NCBI GenBank assembly: GCA_964565725.1
Contig: CAZMGA010000003.1
Span: 8,300-40,299 of the forward strand
DNA length: 32,000 nt
Source of the DNA: an uncultured archaeon
GTDB taxonomy: Archaea; Iainarchaeota; Iainarchaeia; Iainarchaeales; 0-14-0-20-30-16
Direction of reading: 5' to 3'
Shown: positions 24,883-32,000 of the stretch, piece by piece
How the letters are laid out: the number at the start of each line of letters is the position of its first letter
Position numbering within the stretch: position 1 is the stretch's first letter
Notes under the pieces: generated by a model
What the model was told of the DNA's origin: nothing
Database searches by the model: none
Seen by the model: the letters and a program-made list of their open reading frames with translations, nothing else
Made by a program: the position numbers and the translations under genes

Positions 24883-25914
24883 TTAAAATCTTCTATGAGG
24901 CATAGGTTTTACTTTTAGCATTTTAGGTATTTTTTTAGTAGGGATGGCTGTTCTTCCAGGATTTTTTTTAGCATTTTTTGGAGTATGTAAAAAAACATCC
25001 CATTTTAATTTTTTAAAATTTTCAAATAATTTATTGAAATCATTTATTTTTTGTTTATTTGGTACAATAATGGAACTATTTAGAATTTTTGCATCTAAAT
25101 TTACAAATTCTGGATTTAATAACCTTAAATGTTCTAAATTATATCCATATTTTTTAGCATAATCTCTTATTGATAACCCATTTGTTTTTTTAGAAATTGT
25201 GAATTTTTTAATACGATTATATAAATTATGTGCGTTAGAAGAAATCTTTATTTCAGGGAATAAATCTGGCCTATCTAATATAATTTTTTTAGCCATAATT
25301 GCTGGGACATATTTTTGTCCTTCCAAAGGCAAATATTTTTCTACAGAATTCCAATTTGTATTTTTATTTATTATCATTGCTTTTTTTATTGCTGCATTAA
25401 CTCTGCCAGTACCTTGATTATATGCAGCAAGAACAAAAAATGTTGCTTCTTCCCCATATTTACTATAAGTTTTATATAAATCGGCTAAATGTTCTGTTGT
25501 TGCTCTTATCGCTTCATTTGGATTTAATCTTTCATCAGTAATTACTTTACTATTTCTTTGAAATCTATCTAGATCATAAGCTTTACCTGTTGCTTTCGTA
25601 AATTGACCTAATCCCCGAGGGCCCGTCTTAGATTGTGCAGTTAAATTTCCTCTGGATTCATAACTTAACAAAGCCCAAACTAAATTAGGATTAATATTTT
25701 TTTTAGCAGATTCATGTTCAATAATATCTTTAAACCAACTTGTTCTTTCAAAACCTACGGACTGAAAATCAGCATTTACAATTATTGCTTCTAATTGCTC
25801 CTGTACTTTTATACTGATATTATTAATTTCTTTACTGTTTCTTTGATCTTTACAGGCAGACAAACTAAAAAGTAATAAAGGGATTAATATTTTTAAATTT
25901 CTTTTATTATTCAT
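24883..25914 (-). CDS. Bacterial-type lipoprotein lytic transglycosylase, MltD-like (SLT domain + LysM-like C-terminal domain)
   Basis: Signal peptide II with lipobox MNNKRNLKILIPLLLFSLSAC. SLT family motifs LLSYESRGNLTAQSKTGPRGLGQF (catalytic E-S ... GLxQ) and LAAYNQGTGRV (AYNxGxG). C-terminal LSIRDYAKKYGYNLEHLRLLNPEF...IIVPN is LysM-like. ATG 25914 is preferred to TTG 25923. Confidence 0.8.
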   Translation of the reverse strand: MNNKRNLKILIPLLLFSLSACKDQRNSKEINNISIKVQEQLEAIIVNADFQSVGFERTSWFKDIIEHESAKKNINPNLVWALLSYESRGNLTAQSKTGPRGLGQFTKATGKAYDLDRFQRNSKVITDERLNPNEAIRATTEHLADLYKTYSKYGEEATFFVLAAYNQGTGRVNAAIKKAMIINKNTNWNSVEKYLPLEGQKYVPAIMAKKIILDRPDLFPEIKISSNAHNLYNRIKKFTISKKTNGLSIRDYAKKYGYNLEHLRLLNPEFVNLDAKILNSSIIVPNKQKINDFNKLFENFKKLKWDVFLHTPKNAKKNPGRTAIPTKKIPKMLKVKPMPHRRF

Positions 25915-25974
25915 TAATATCAAATAAATTAAATATCAAAATGGATATAAATATATTTGCTTAATATATTTTGT

Positions 25975-25979
25975 GTGAT
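25975..25979 (+). promoter_or_regulatory. GTGAT-N3-ATG ribosome-binding motif before the TMK-like gene
   Basis: tgtGTGATtttATG at 25972-25985. Confidence 0.45.
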
Positions 25980-25982
25980 TTT

Positions 25983-26957
25983 ATGACTTTTATTGATTTA
26001 GTTATTGGTGGACCTGATATGTCCGGAACAAGTACTCAGATTAGAGATTTAATAAGTTTTTTTCAAAGTACTGGTAAAATCGTAAAAGATATTTCCGGAA
26101 CAGAATTAGATGTTCTTTTTCATTGTGAAATATTTAATGATTATAACAAAAACTATTTAAATTTAAATGAATTTTTAAATGATTCTAATGTTATAGAAAA
26201 TAAAAAAACTAAATTTATTTTAGATGCTACAAAACTATTACAAAACTTAAGATTGGCATCAATGATTGATAATGATATTACTACATATATAAATCCTGAT
26301 AAAGCAGATGTTTGGATAATGGAGGAACCAGTTAGACGTGGTGCTGGGCAAACAAATAGAGTATTTGAATTAAATCGTTCAAAATTTTGTGCAAAAGAAA
26401 ATCAAATTTCAAATTCTATGTCTCATCAAGTATATAGAAGTGATGAATTTTATAGATTTAGAAAAATTTTAAGAGAAAAAAATAAAATTATTATTAGGTC
26501 TAGAAGTGAAGAATCCGCATGTTATCAAATTTATGATAAATGTTTGATAAAAACTGGAATTACAAAAGATAAATATATTAATTTGCCAGGAAATAAAATT
26601 GCTTTTTCTAATCCTCCTACACATATATTTTTAGTTTGTAATAGTGAAAAGTGGGCTTTACAAAAAATTAAATCAACAAATAAAAAAAATATAGTTGAAG
26701 AATATAAAAAACTAATAACTTTAAGAACAGGTAATAGAATATTAGATGATTTTGAAAAAAATATAGAATATCAATTATTAGTAAACAAAAGATATGCATC
26801 TAATTGGATTAATAAATTATATGCAACAGGATGTAGTAAACATAATTCTAATGTGCCCAAAATATTCAAATTTAATATTTATGATTCGAAAGAAAATATA
26901 AAAGAAAATATGAAAAATACAATAATATCAATTTTAAATAAATTAGATAAAAGGTAG
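25983..26957 (+). CDS. Thymidylate-kinase-like P-loop fold protein with degenerate catalytic motifs
   Basis: IGGPDMSGTSTQI aligns with the TMK P-loop G-x-D-G-x-G-K-[ST]-T-Q, but the Lys is Thr. EEPVRRGAGQTNR matches REPggTxxGxxxR. RSRSEESACYQ aligns with DR[YF]xxSxxAYQ, with Asp replaced by Ser. PPTHIFLV matches PDLTxxLD. ~324 aa with large insertions. GTGAT-N3-ATG at 25975-25985. Confidence 0.5.
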   Translation: MTFIDLVIGGPDMSGTSTQIRDLISFFQSTGKIVKDISGTELDVLFHCEIFNDYNKNYLNLNEFLNDSNVIENKKTKFILDATKLLQNLRLASMIDNDITTYINPDKADVWIMEEPVRRGAGQTNRVFELNRSKFCAKENQISNSMSHQVYRSDEFYRFRKILREKNKIIIRSRSEESACYQIYDKCLIKTGITKDKYINLPGNKIAFSNPPTHIFLVCNSEKWALQKIKSTNKKNIVEEYKKLITLRTGNRILDDFEKNIEYQLLVNKRYASNWINKLYATGCSKHNSNVPKIFKFNIYDSKENIKENMKNTIISILNKLDKR

Positions 26958-26988
26958 ATTTATATATTCTTTTATTCAAATAATTAAT

Positions 26989-27180
26989 ATGATGTATATG
27001 CCATTGTCAATTCAACTCGCAGGAAATTCTGTATTGTGGTTAATTTTAGCTATAATTTTGATAATGTTTATATTATTTAAAGATAAAATAGATATTCAAA
27101 ATTTAACAAAAGACAAATTTAAAACCTTTTTATACATTTTAATTATTGTTGTAATATATTATTTTTTTATATATTTGTAA
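26989..27180 (+). CDS. Small two-TM membrane protein (hypothetical)
   Basis: 63-aa ORF with two clear hydrophobic helices (VLWLILAIILIMFILF and FLYILIIVVIYYFFIYL). No other support. Confidence 0.35.
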   Translation: MMYMPLSIQLAGNSVLWLILAIILIMFILFKDKIDIQNLTKDKFKTFLYILIIVVIYYFFIYL

Positions 27181-27190
27181 TATTTAACTT

Positions 27191-27346
27191 TTAATGAATT
27201 CTTTTAATTAAAGGAACGTCTAATTTTTCAACACTTTTTTTAGTTAATGTATTTTCTATTTTTTCTGAATTTAAATTTGACTTTCTTCTAGATGTGTTTT
27301 TTTTAATTAATTTTATAATTTTATTTTTTTGCAAATTATTTGTCAT
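27191..27346 (-). CDS. Possible 51-aa lysine/arginine-rich small protein (below ORF-track size cutoff)
   Basis: Hand translation of the minus strand gives MTNNLQKNKIIKLIKKNTSRRKSNLNSEKIENTLTKKSVEKLDVPLIKRIH, then stop. A TTTAAATA box (plus-strand 27365-27372) starts 26 nt upstream of the ATG, consistent with a leaderless transcript. It could still be a chance ORF in AT-rich DNA. Confidence 0.25.
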   Translation of the reverse strand: MTNNLQKNKIIKLIKKNTSRRKSNLNSEKIENTLTKKSVEKLDVPLIKRIH

Positions 27347-27462
27347 AATAAAATATAGTTAATATATTTAAATATTATTTATTAATTTTTACAATTATTT
27401 GTATTTTTTCTAATTATTGTGGGATTATTTATAAACCTATTTATTCTATATATTATTTATTT

Positions 27463-27470
27463 GAGGAGTG
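27463..27470 (+). promoter_or_regulatory. Shine-Dalgarno-like GAGGAGTG upstream of the giant ORF
   Basis: Complementary, with one mismatch, to the conserved 16S rRNA 3' tail (SD consensus GGAGGTGAT). It lies 9 nt before ATG 27480. Confidence 0.45.
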
Positions 27471-27479
27471 ATGATTTAA

Positions 27480-30400
27480 ATGAGTAAATTAAATATTTTT
27501 GGTTTTTTAATAGTTTCTTTGTTTTTAATTAGTTTTGGATTTGCTTTAGATAAATGTGTTATGAATGCTAATAATTCTTTAAATAAAGGGTGTTATATAC
27601 CTTTAAGTAATGAAAATATAGGGGAATATAAATGGGAAACACACAATTTAACTTTAAATATTGATAATTTAAATGATTTTAAGTTTTATTTGCAAGATGA
27701 TTTGAAAAGTATTTATTATCCTAGTTTGGATGAAATATCTGCAAAAATGTCTAATTTTTCTGTAAAATATAATAGTCCTTATAATATTGTTGAAATCTAT
27801 CCTTTCTGTTATTCTTATCCTATAAGTGTAGCTAGTTTATCTAAATATAAAATTAGTTGTTCCACTACTAATACTCTTAGATTTTGTGATTTATCTACTG
27901 GTGAAAATGTTTTAGGACATCCAGATGAAGATATTAAAGGTACATTAAATACAACTACTAAAACTGTTTCTTTTAAAGATTTTGTTTTTAATTATGATAC
28001 TTATAATAAAATATATAAACAATGTGCATCCTCTAAAGATTGGGATTGGAATAAAAATTATTTATATTATTTATCTTTTCCTAACAAATGTGAAGGTTAT
28101 GATTTAACATTAAATAGTACTTATAACTATAAATGTAATGGTAATGATAATAGTTTAGATATTTGTGATATAAAAACAGGAATCAAATATAATGATTTAA
28201 AAGGCGATCCTTTTACTAGTAATGGGGTATTAAAATTAGCTTTTTATTCTTCAGAATTTGTTAATGGTCCTTTAGTTTTAACAACTACCCAATATACATC
28301 TGCACTTAATAAATGTAATTGGAATAAAAACTATTTAAACACAAAATGTGATGGTTATAATTCTTTTTGGACTTTTGATTATAAATATAAATGTGGTCCA
28401 AATAATACTTTGTCTTTTTGTCATGCAAATAGTGGTTTAGTATATAATAATTTTGTGGGTTCAAAAGATTCTTCTACTAATACTATTATATTTAAAAATT
28501 CATTATCTTCTACAAATGTTTTTTCAGCTACTGTTGATAAATATTTAGAATATTATAGTAAATGTGGTTGGACTAAAAATTTAGTGTGTGAAGGTTATGA
28601 CTTTAAATTAAATAGTGGTTTTAACTACAAATGTAATGGCAAAGATAATAGTTTTGATATTTGTAATATAAAAACCGACAAAGAAAAAAAAGATTTAAGT
28701 ATTTCTGTTAACAAAACTTTAATAGATTCACAAGAATCTAATGAATTAAGATATTATGTTGATGATTCATATAATACTTTAACAATTGATCAATACAAAT
28801 CTATGCATAGCAATTGTAATTGGAATGTAAATTATTCTTATCCTAAATATGAAGAATGTAAAAGCTATGGTTTAATTTGGAATGATGTTTATAGATATAA
28901 ATGTGGTACCAATAATATGTTATCTTTTTGTAATTTGAAAACAGGTGTAAAAAATGATAATTTATTTGGTTATTTAGAAAATGGTAAAGTAAATTTTAAA
29001 ATTATGAAAACTTCTTCTACTTTGTTTTCTTTGGATAAAACTAAATATATATACAATTATACTCAATGTGGTTGGACACAAAATATATTTAATAATGAAT
29101 TCACAAAACCTTGTACACTTGATGGTACTAATGTTGGTGAATGTTATATAGAAATAACTGCTGATTATATTGCTTCTGTTAAAAATCCTATGACTTATTC
29201 TTGGGCTAAAAAAAATATTGAAATATCAGCTATAGATGGTCTTAACATATATGTTGGAGATAACCAAATTAATATATTTAATGATGGTGTTTTAGAATTA
29301 ACTGATTTTTATTTATACTGGAAAGGTCTTGAAGGAGAAAGTACTAAAATTAATGTTCTCCCAAAAGCACCAAAAACTACAACAACTACTAAAACAACTA
29401 CAAAAACAGTAGATTATTCTAATTGTGTTGCTAAAAAAATAATTTTAAAAGGGCCAGGTAAAATTACTAGTAATATTTATTGTTTAAATGATTCTACTTG
29501 TAAAATTAATCCTGAAACAGAATTAAGTTTATTCTTAACAAATATTTTGAATTTAGTAACAACTGTTAATACTAAAGTAATTGAAGGTCATTCTGGTTCA
29601 ATTTGTTTTTCTGAAGAATATAAAGACAAAATATTAGAAAAATATCCTATAATTTTTGATGATGATACACAAATTTTTGAACAAGCAAAAGATGGAATGT
29701 TTAAATTAAAAAAAGAAGAAGCTTCAGAACCTGTTGAAGAAATTTCTGAACCTACTAAAGAAGAAGTACTAAAAGAGTCTGAAAAAAATATTCAATATGT
29801 GCCTCATGAAATTAAATCTTATAATGGTATAACTCCTGCATTATTTAGAGCTGACGATTATACTAATAAATATTATAGTTTAGTTAATGAATTAAATTTA
29901 AATGAATATAGTTTAAATAGCCAAACAGCAGGTATTGGTTTTAATAATACTAAGAAAAAAGAAATTTGGTATAGAATGCCTGATTGGAAATGTGATGATT
30001 TTAGAAATAGAGATGAATATAGATATAAAACTAATGATGATTTACCTAAAGAATTGGGAACTATAGAACATCCTTATGATATAAGATTTTATTATACATC
30101 TTGTGGACAAGTAAAAGACAATGTAAAAGAAATAAGAAAATTATTATTTGAAGCATTAGATAAAGTAAATATAACTGAAATTGATGTATATGATTTTGGG
30201 ACATATTTCTATGTAAAAACAACTTCTGATAATGTATTATATAAATTATTACCAAAAGAATTACAAAATAAAGAATTATTATTAATTATGGATGAAGATA
30301 TGTTTGTTAGTGATTTATATTATTATGTAATTAGAGATGTAATTACTGAAGATAATATTCCTAATGTATCTGAAGAAGAGATTAAAAAAGAAGTTCAAAT

Positions 30401-32000
30401 GAAATCAGTAAATTGTGAAGCAAATAATACAGATTTAAAATATATAAATTTTGATTATGAAAATCCAAATTGTTCTGCTTTAGATTCTAATGGTCATTTT
30501 TGTGATGCTGAACAATTATATACTTATTTAAAAAATAAAAATAAATCTATAAAAACAGATTTAGATAGTATAGTTGGAAAAAACTTTAATAAATTTGAAA
30601 ATGATTTCAATTTAAATAATAAATATTATTATACTTTGAATGATGTTCCTGTTTTAATTAATACAGGTATAAATCCAGATTATATAATATCTGAACAAAA
30701 CAATTTTATAGATAATAAATTGATTGGTTTAGATTTAGTATTAGTAAAAGATGGGGCTTGTAGTTCAATTGGAACTTATAATTCAAAAATAGATAAATGT
30801 TTTGTATCAAAAGATAATTTCAATGATATAGTAAATGGTGTGGATAATTATATGCCTTATTATATGGTAAATTTGAAATCTTCTAAATTTGCAGAATATT
30901 TATTATTAACTAGTATTAATATAGATCCTAGTGAATATGGTTATGAATATGTTTTATTAAAACCAGGAAATTATAATTTACAAAACTTTGGTGGAAAAAG
31001 TATATCTGTAAATGAATATGAGGGTTTATTAGATGGAAAGGTTATCCCAGTAATTATTAAATATGAGTTTAATGATAAAAAATTAGAATTCACTCCATAT
31101 TCAATATATGATGATATTTCTAAATTACCTAATTTATCTCCATTAACTTATTTCTCTTTAAATCCTGAAAGTAGAAATTTGTTAGTGAATAAAAATTTAA
31201 GATTAGGTTATAATAACGCAGATTTAGTATTAATAAATAATGATAATAAAGGTCAAAAATTAAATGTTGTTTTAGAAGGCAATGATTATAAATTTGAAAA
31301 AATAAATAATGGTTTCAAATTAACTTTACCATTTGATACAAATATGGATAGATTTGCTTTAAAAACAATTTTGCCTACAAAAGGAAATAGCTTGTGTTAT
31401 ATTACTAATAAAGATAATACAACTATTTTAAAAATTAAAGAATTAATTGCAGATACTAAAAAATCAGAATTGAATGAATTAATTCCAATATTAGAAAGAA
31501 CAAAAGAAATAGTAAAAACTACTGTTTTAAATGTTAATAATAATAAAGAATTAATAAATAATCATAAGTTTGCAAATGATTTGTTAAATAAATTATTAAA
31601 TAAAGATGTAAGTTATTCAAAAGATGATTCTATATTAAAAGGATATAATTTGTTAAATGAAGAAAATAAATATCTACAATTGTCTGCCTTAAATTCAAAA
31701 AATAGAATAAAAGCAAGATTATATTTAGGTATGAATATATTTAATTGTAATGATGTTTTAGAAACTCCATTACCAAATTCATCTTTGAAAACTGGTAAAG
31801 ATTTATTTGGAAATTCAGCAAGTTGTGTTAATTGTCAATATTTCTGGATAAAATCAGAAGATACAATTTGTAAATATAGTTCACAAAATAAAAAAGAAAC
31901 ATTAGATTTAACTCAAACATTAGATATTTTAAATAATTGGAATACTGAAGAAGAAGCTTTAGATAAAAAACAATTTATGAAATCTTTAGGTGTAGAAGTT
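27480..32000 (+). CDS. Giant secreted Cys-repeat surface protein, N-terminal 1507 codons (3' end outside window)
   Basis: I translated the whole span codon by codon in the frame where position mod 3 = 0. ATG is at 27480 and there is no stop through 32000. GAGGAGTG SD-like motif at 27463-27470. N-terminal signal/TM MSKLNIFGFLIVSLFLISFGFA. Five ~80-94-aa four-Cys repeats (27807-29114). Thr-rich linker PKAPKTTTTTKTTTKT (29361-29408). Acidic linker (29715-29786). The rest shows no recognisable domain. It is absent from the ORF track because it lacks a stop in the window. Confidence 0.8.
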   Translation, partial: MSKLNIFGFLIVSLFLISFGFALDKCVMNANNSLNKGCYIPLSNENIGEYKWETHNLTLNIDNLNDFKFYLQDDLKSIYYPSLDEISAKMSNFSVKYNSPYNIVEIYPFCYSYPISVASLSKYKISCSTTNTLRFCDLSTGENVLGHPDEDIKGTLNTTTKTVSFKDFVFNYDTYNKIYKQCASSKDWDWNKNYLYYLSFPNKCEGYDLTLNSTYNYKCNGNDNSLDICDIKTGIKYNDLKGDPFTSNGVLKLAFYSSEFVNGPLVLTTTQYTSALNKCNWNKNYLNTKCDGYNSFWTFDYKYKCGPNNTLSFCHANSGLVYNNFVGSKDSSTNTIIFKNSLSSTNVFSATVDKYLEYYSKCGWTKNLVCEGYDFKLNSGFNYKCNGKDNSFDICNIKTDKEKKDLSISVNKTLIDSQESNELRYYVDDSYNTLTIDQYKSMHSNCNWNVNYSYPKYEECKSYGLIWNDVYRYKCGTNNMLSFCNLKTGVKNDNLFGYLENGKVNFKIMKTSSTLFSLDKTKYIYNYTQCGWTQNIFNNEFTKPCTLDGTNVGECYIEITADYIASVKNPMTYSWAKKNIEISAIDGLNIYVGDNQINIFNDGVLELTDFYLYWKGLEGESTKINVLPKAPKTTTTTKTTTKTVDYSNCVAKKIILKGPGKITSNIYCLNDSTCKINPETELSLFLTNILNLVTTVNTKVIEGHSGSICFSEEYKDKILEKYPIIFDDDTQIFEQAKDGMFKLKKEEASEPVEEISEPTKEEVLKESEKNIQYVPHEIKSYNGITPALFRADDYTNKYYSLVNELNLNEYSLNSQTAGIGFNNTKKKEIWYRMPDWKCDDFRNRDEYRYKTNDDLPKELGTIEHPYDIRFYYTSCGQVKDNVKEIRKLLFEALDKVNITEIDVYDFGTYFYVKTTSDNVLYKLLPKELQNKELLLIMDEDMFVSDLYYYVIRDVITEDNIPNVSEEEIKKEVQMKSVNCEANNTDLKYINFDYENPNCSALDSNGHFCDAEQLYTYLKNKNKSIKTDLDSIVGKNFNKFENDFNLNNKYYYTLNDVPVLINTGINPDYIISEQNNFIDNKLIGLDLVLVKDGACSSIGTYNSKIDKCFVSKDNFNDIVNGVDNYMPYYMVNLKSSKFAEYLLLTSINIDPSEYGYEYVLLKPGNYNLQNFGGKSISVNEYEGLLDGKVIPVIIKYEFNDKKLEFTPYSIYDDISKLPNLSPLTYFSLNPESRNLLVNKNLRLGYNNADLVLINNDNKGQKLNVVLEGNDYKFEKINNGFKLTLPFDTNMDRFALKTILPTKGNSLCYITNKDNTTILKIKELIADTKKSELNELIPILERTKEIVKTTVLNVNNNKELINNHKFANDLLNKLLNKDVSYSKDDSILKGYNLLNEENKYLQLSALNSKNRIKARLYLGMNIFNCNDVLETPLPNSSLKTGKDLFGNSASCVNCQYFWIKSEDTICKYSSQNKKETLDLTQTLDILNNWNTEEEALDKKQFMKSLGVEV
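27807..29114 (+). repeat. Five tandem ~80-94-aa Cys-containing protein repeats in alternating B-A-B-A-B subtypes
   Basis: Unit first-Cys positions are 27807, 28089, 28347, 28587 and 28857. Type A is CEGYD..LNS..NYKCNG.DNS.DIC.IKT (units 2 and 4, roughly 85 percent nt identity over ~93 nt by eye). Type B is Y[KR]YKCG.NN.LSFC....G (units 3 and 5; unit 1 is degenerate). Each unit ends with C.W.[KQ]N. Confidence 0.75.

Noticed and set aside
27807-29114. The repeat array as a diversity-generating retroelement target (TR/VR pair) or a recombinational variation cassette.
   Set aside because: There is no reverse transcriptase gene in the window. The repeat copies differ at all base types and codon positions rather than at adenine-specific sites. 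No non-coding template copy is seen.
2810-30255. Seventeen 60-143-aa ORFs in the supplied track that lie antisense to or inside larger genes: 2810-3001, 5832-6068, 6441-6707, 10537-10728, 13205-13636, 14181-14405, 14467-14715, 17241-17423, 18567-18872, 19834-20145, 20449-20637, 22148-22345, 22629-22853, 23433-23810, 24944-25162, 25199-25417 and 30061-30255.
   Set aside because: Each is fully contained in the shadow of a longer ORF with clear family motifs. Their translations are low-complexity F/I/L/S/K-rich strings, typical of antisense frames in AT-rich DNA, and none has a recognisable motif or start signal.
27181-32000. The apparent 4.8-kb ORF desert, read as non-coding DNA, a pseudogene field or evidence of stop-codon reassignment.
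   Set aside because: Hand translation shows a single stop-free standard-code frame from 27480 to the window edge. The ORF finder simply requires an in-window stop. All three stop codons terminate well-supported genes elsewhere in the window.
1-32000. tRNA, rRNA or other structured RNA genes, integrases, transposases and prophage boundaries.
   Set aside because: No G/C-enriched 70-120-nt islands occur in the few intergenic regions. All spacers are short and A/T-rich, and no ORF shows recombinase or transposase motifs.

Overview
Very AT-rich, extremely compact archaeal chromosome segment. TAA, TAG and TGA all act as stops. Gene spacers are mostly 0-30 nt, and several stops overlap or abut. The gene content is clearly archaeal: family-B DNA polymerase, PriS primase, GINS, Rad50, HerA, aIF2-alpha, aIF2-beta, aIF1A, type-2 MetAP and PAC2. 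The density, low GC and many large secreted proteins suggest a small-genome, DPANN-type archaeon (inference). There are three blocks. (1) 1-8472 is a co-directional cluster of surface proteins: signal-peptide/TM-anchored beta-sandwich proteins, an FN3/Cys-rich protein and a double-LamG protein. A HerA-type ATPase and a Fap7-like kinase are embedded in it. (2) 8477-23109 is an informational core holding a methyltransferase, an ATP-grasp protein, MetAP2, PolB, a PUA protein, aIF2-beta, aIF1A, ArgRS, Rad50, a SPOUT methyltransferase, PAC2, aIF2-alpha, GINS and PriS. (3) 23194-32000 looks accessory. It holds a mini pyruvate kinase lacking the B and C domains, a polytopic membrane protein, a bacterial MltD-like lipoprotein lytic transglycosylase (SLT+LysM), a thymidylate-kinase-like protein with a lysine-less P-loop, two tiny ORFs, and a giant secreted Cys-repeat protein. 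The giant ORF (27480 to beyond 32000, at least 1507 codons) is missing from the supplied ORF track only because it has no stop inside the window. I saw no rRNA, tRNA, CRISPR, transposase, integrase or prophage signatures. The best candidates for something new are the MltD-like enzyme plus giant adhesin neighbourhood (a possible attachment/cell-wall-attack module in an organism that should have no murein) and the surface-protein/HerA cluster at the left end.
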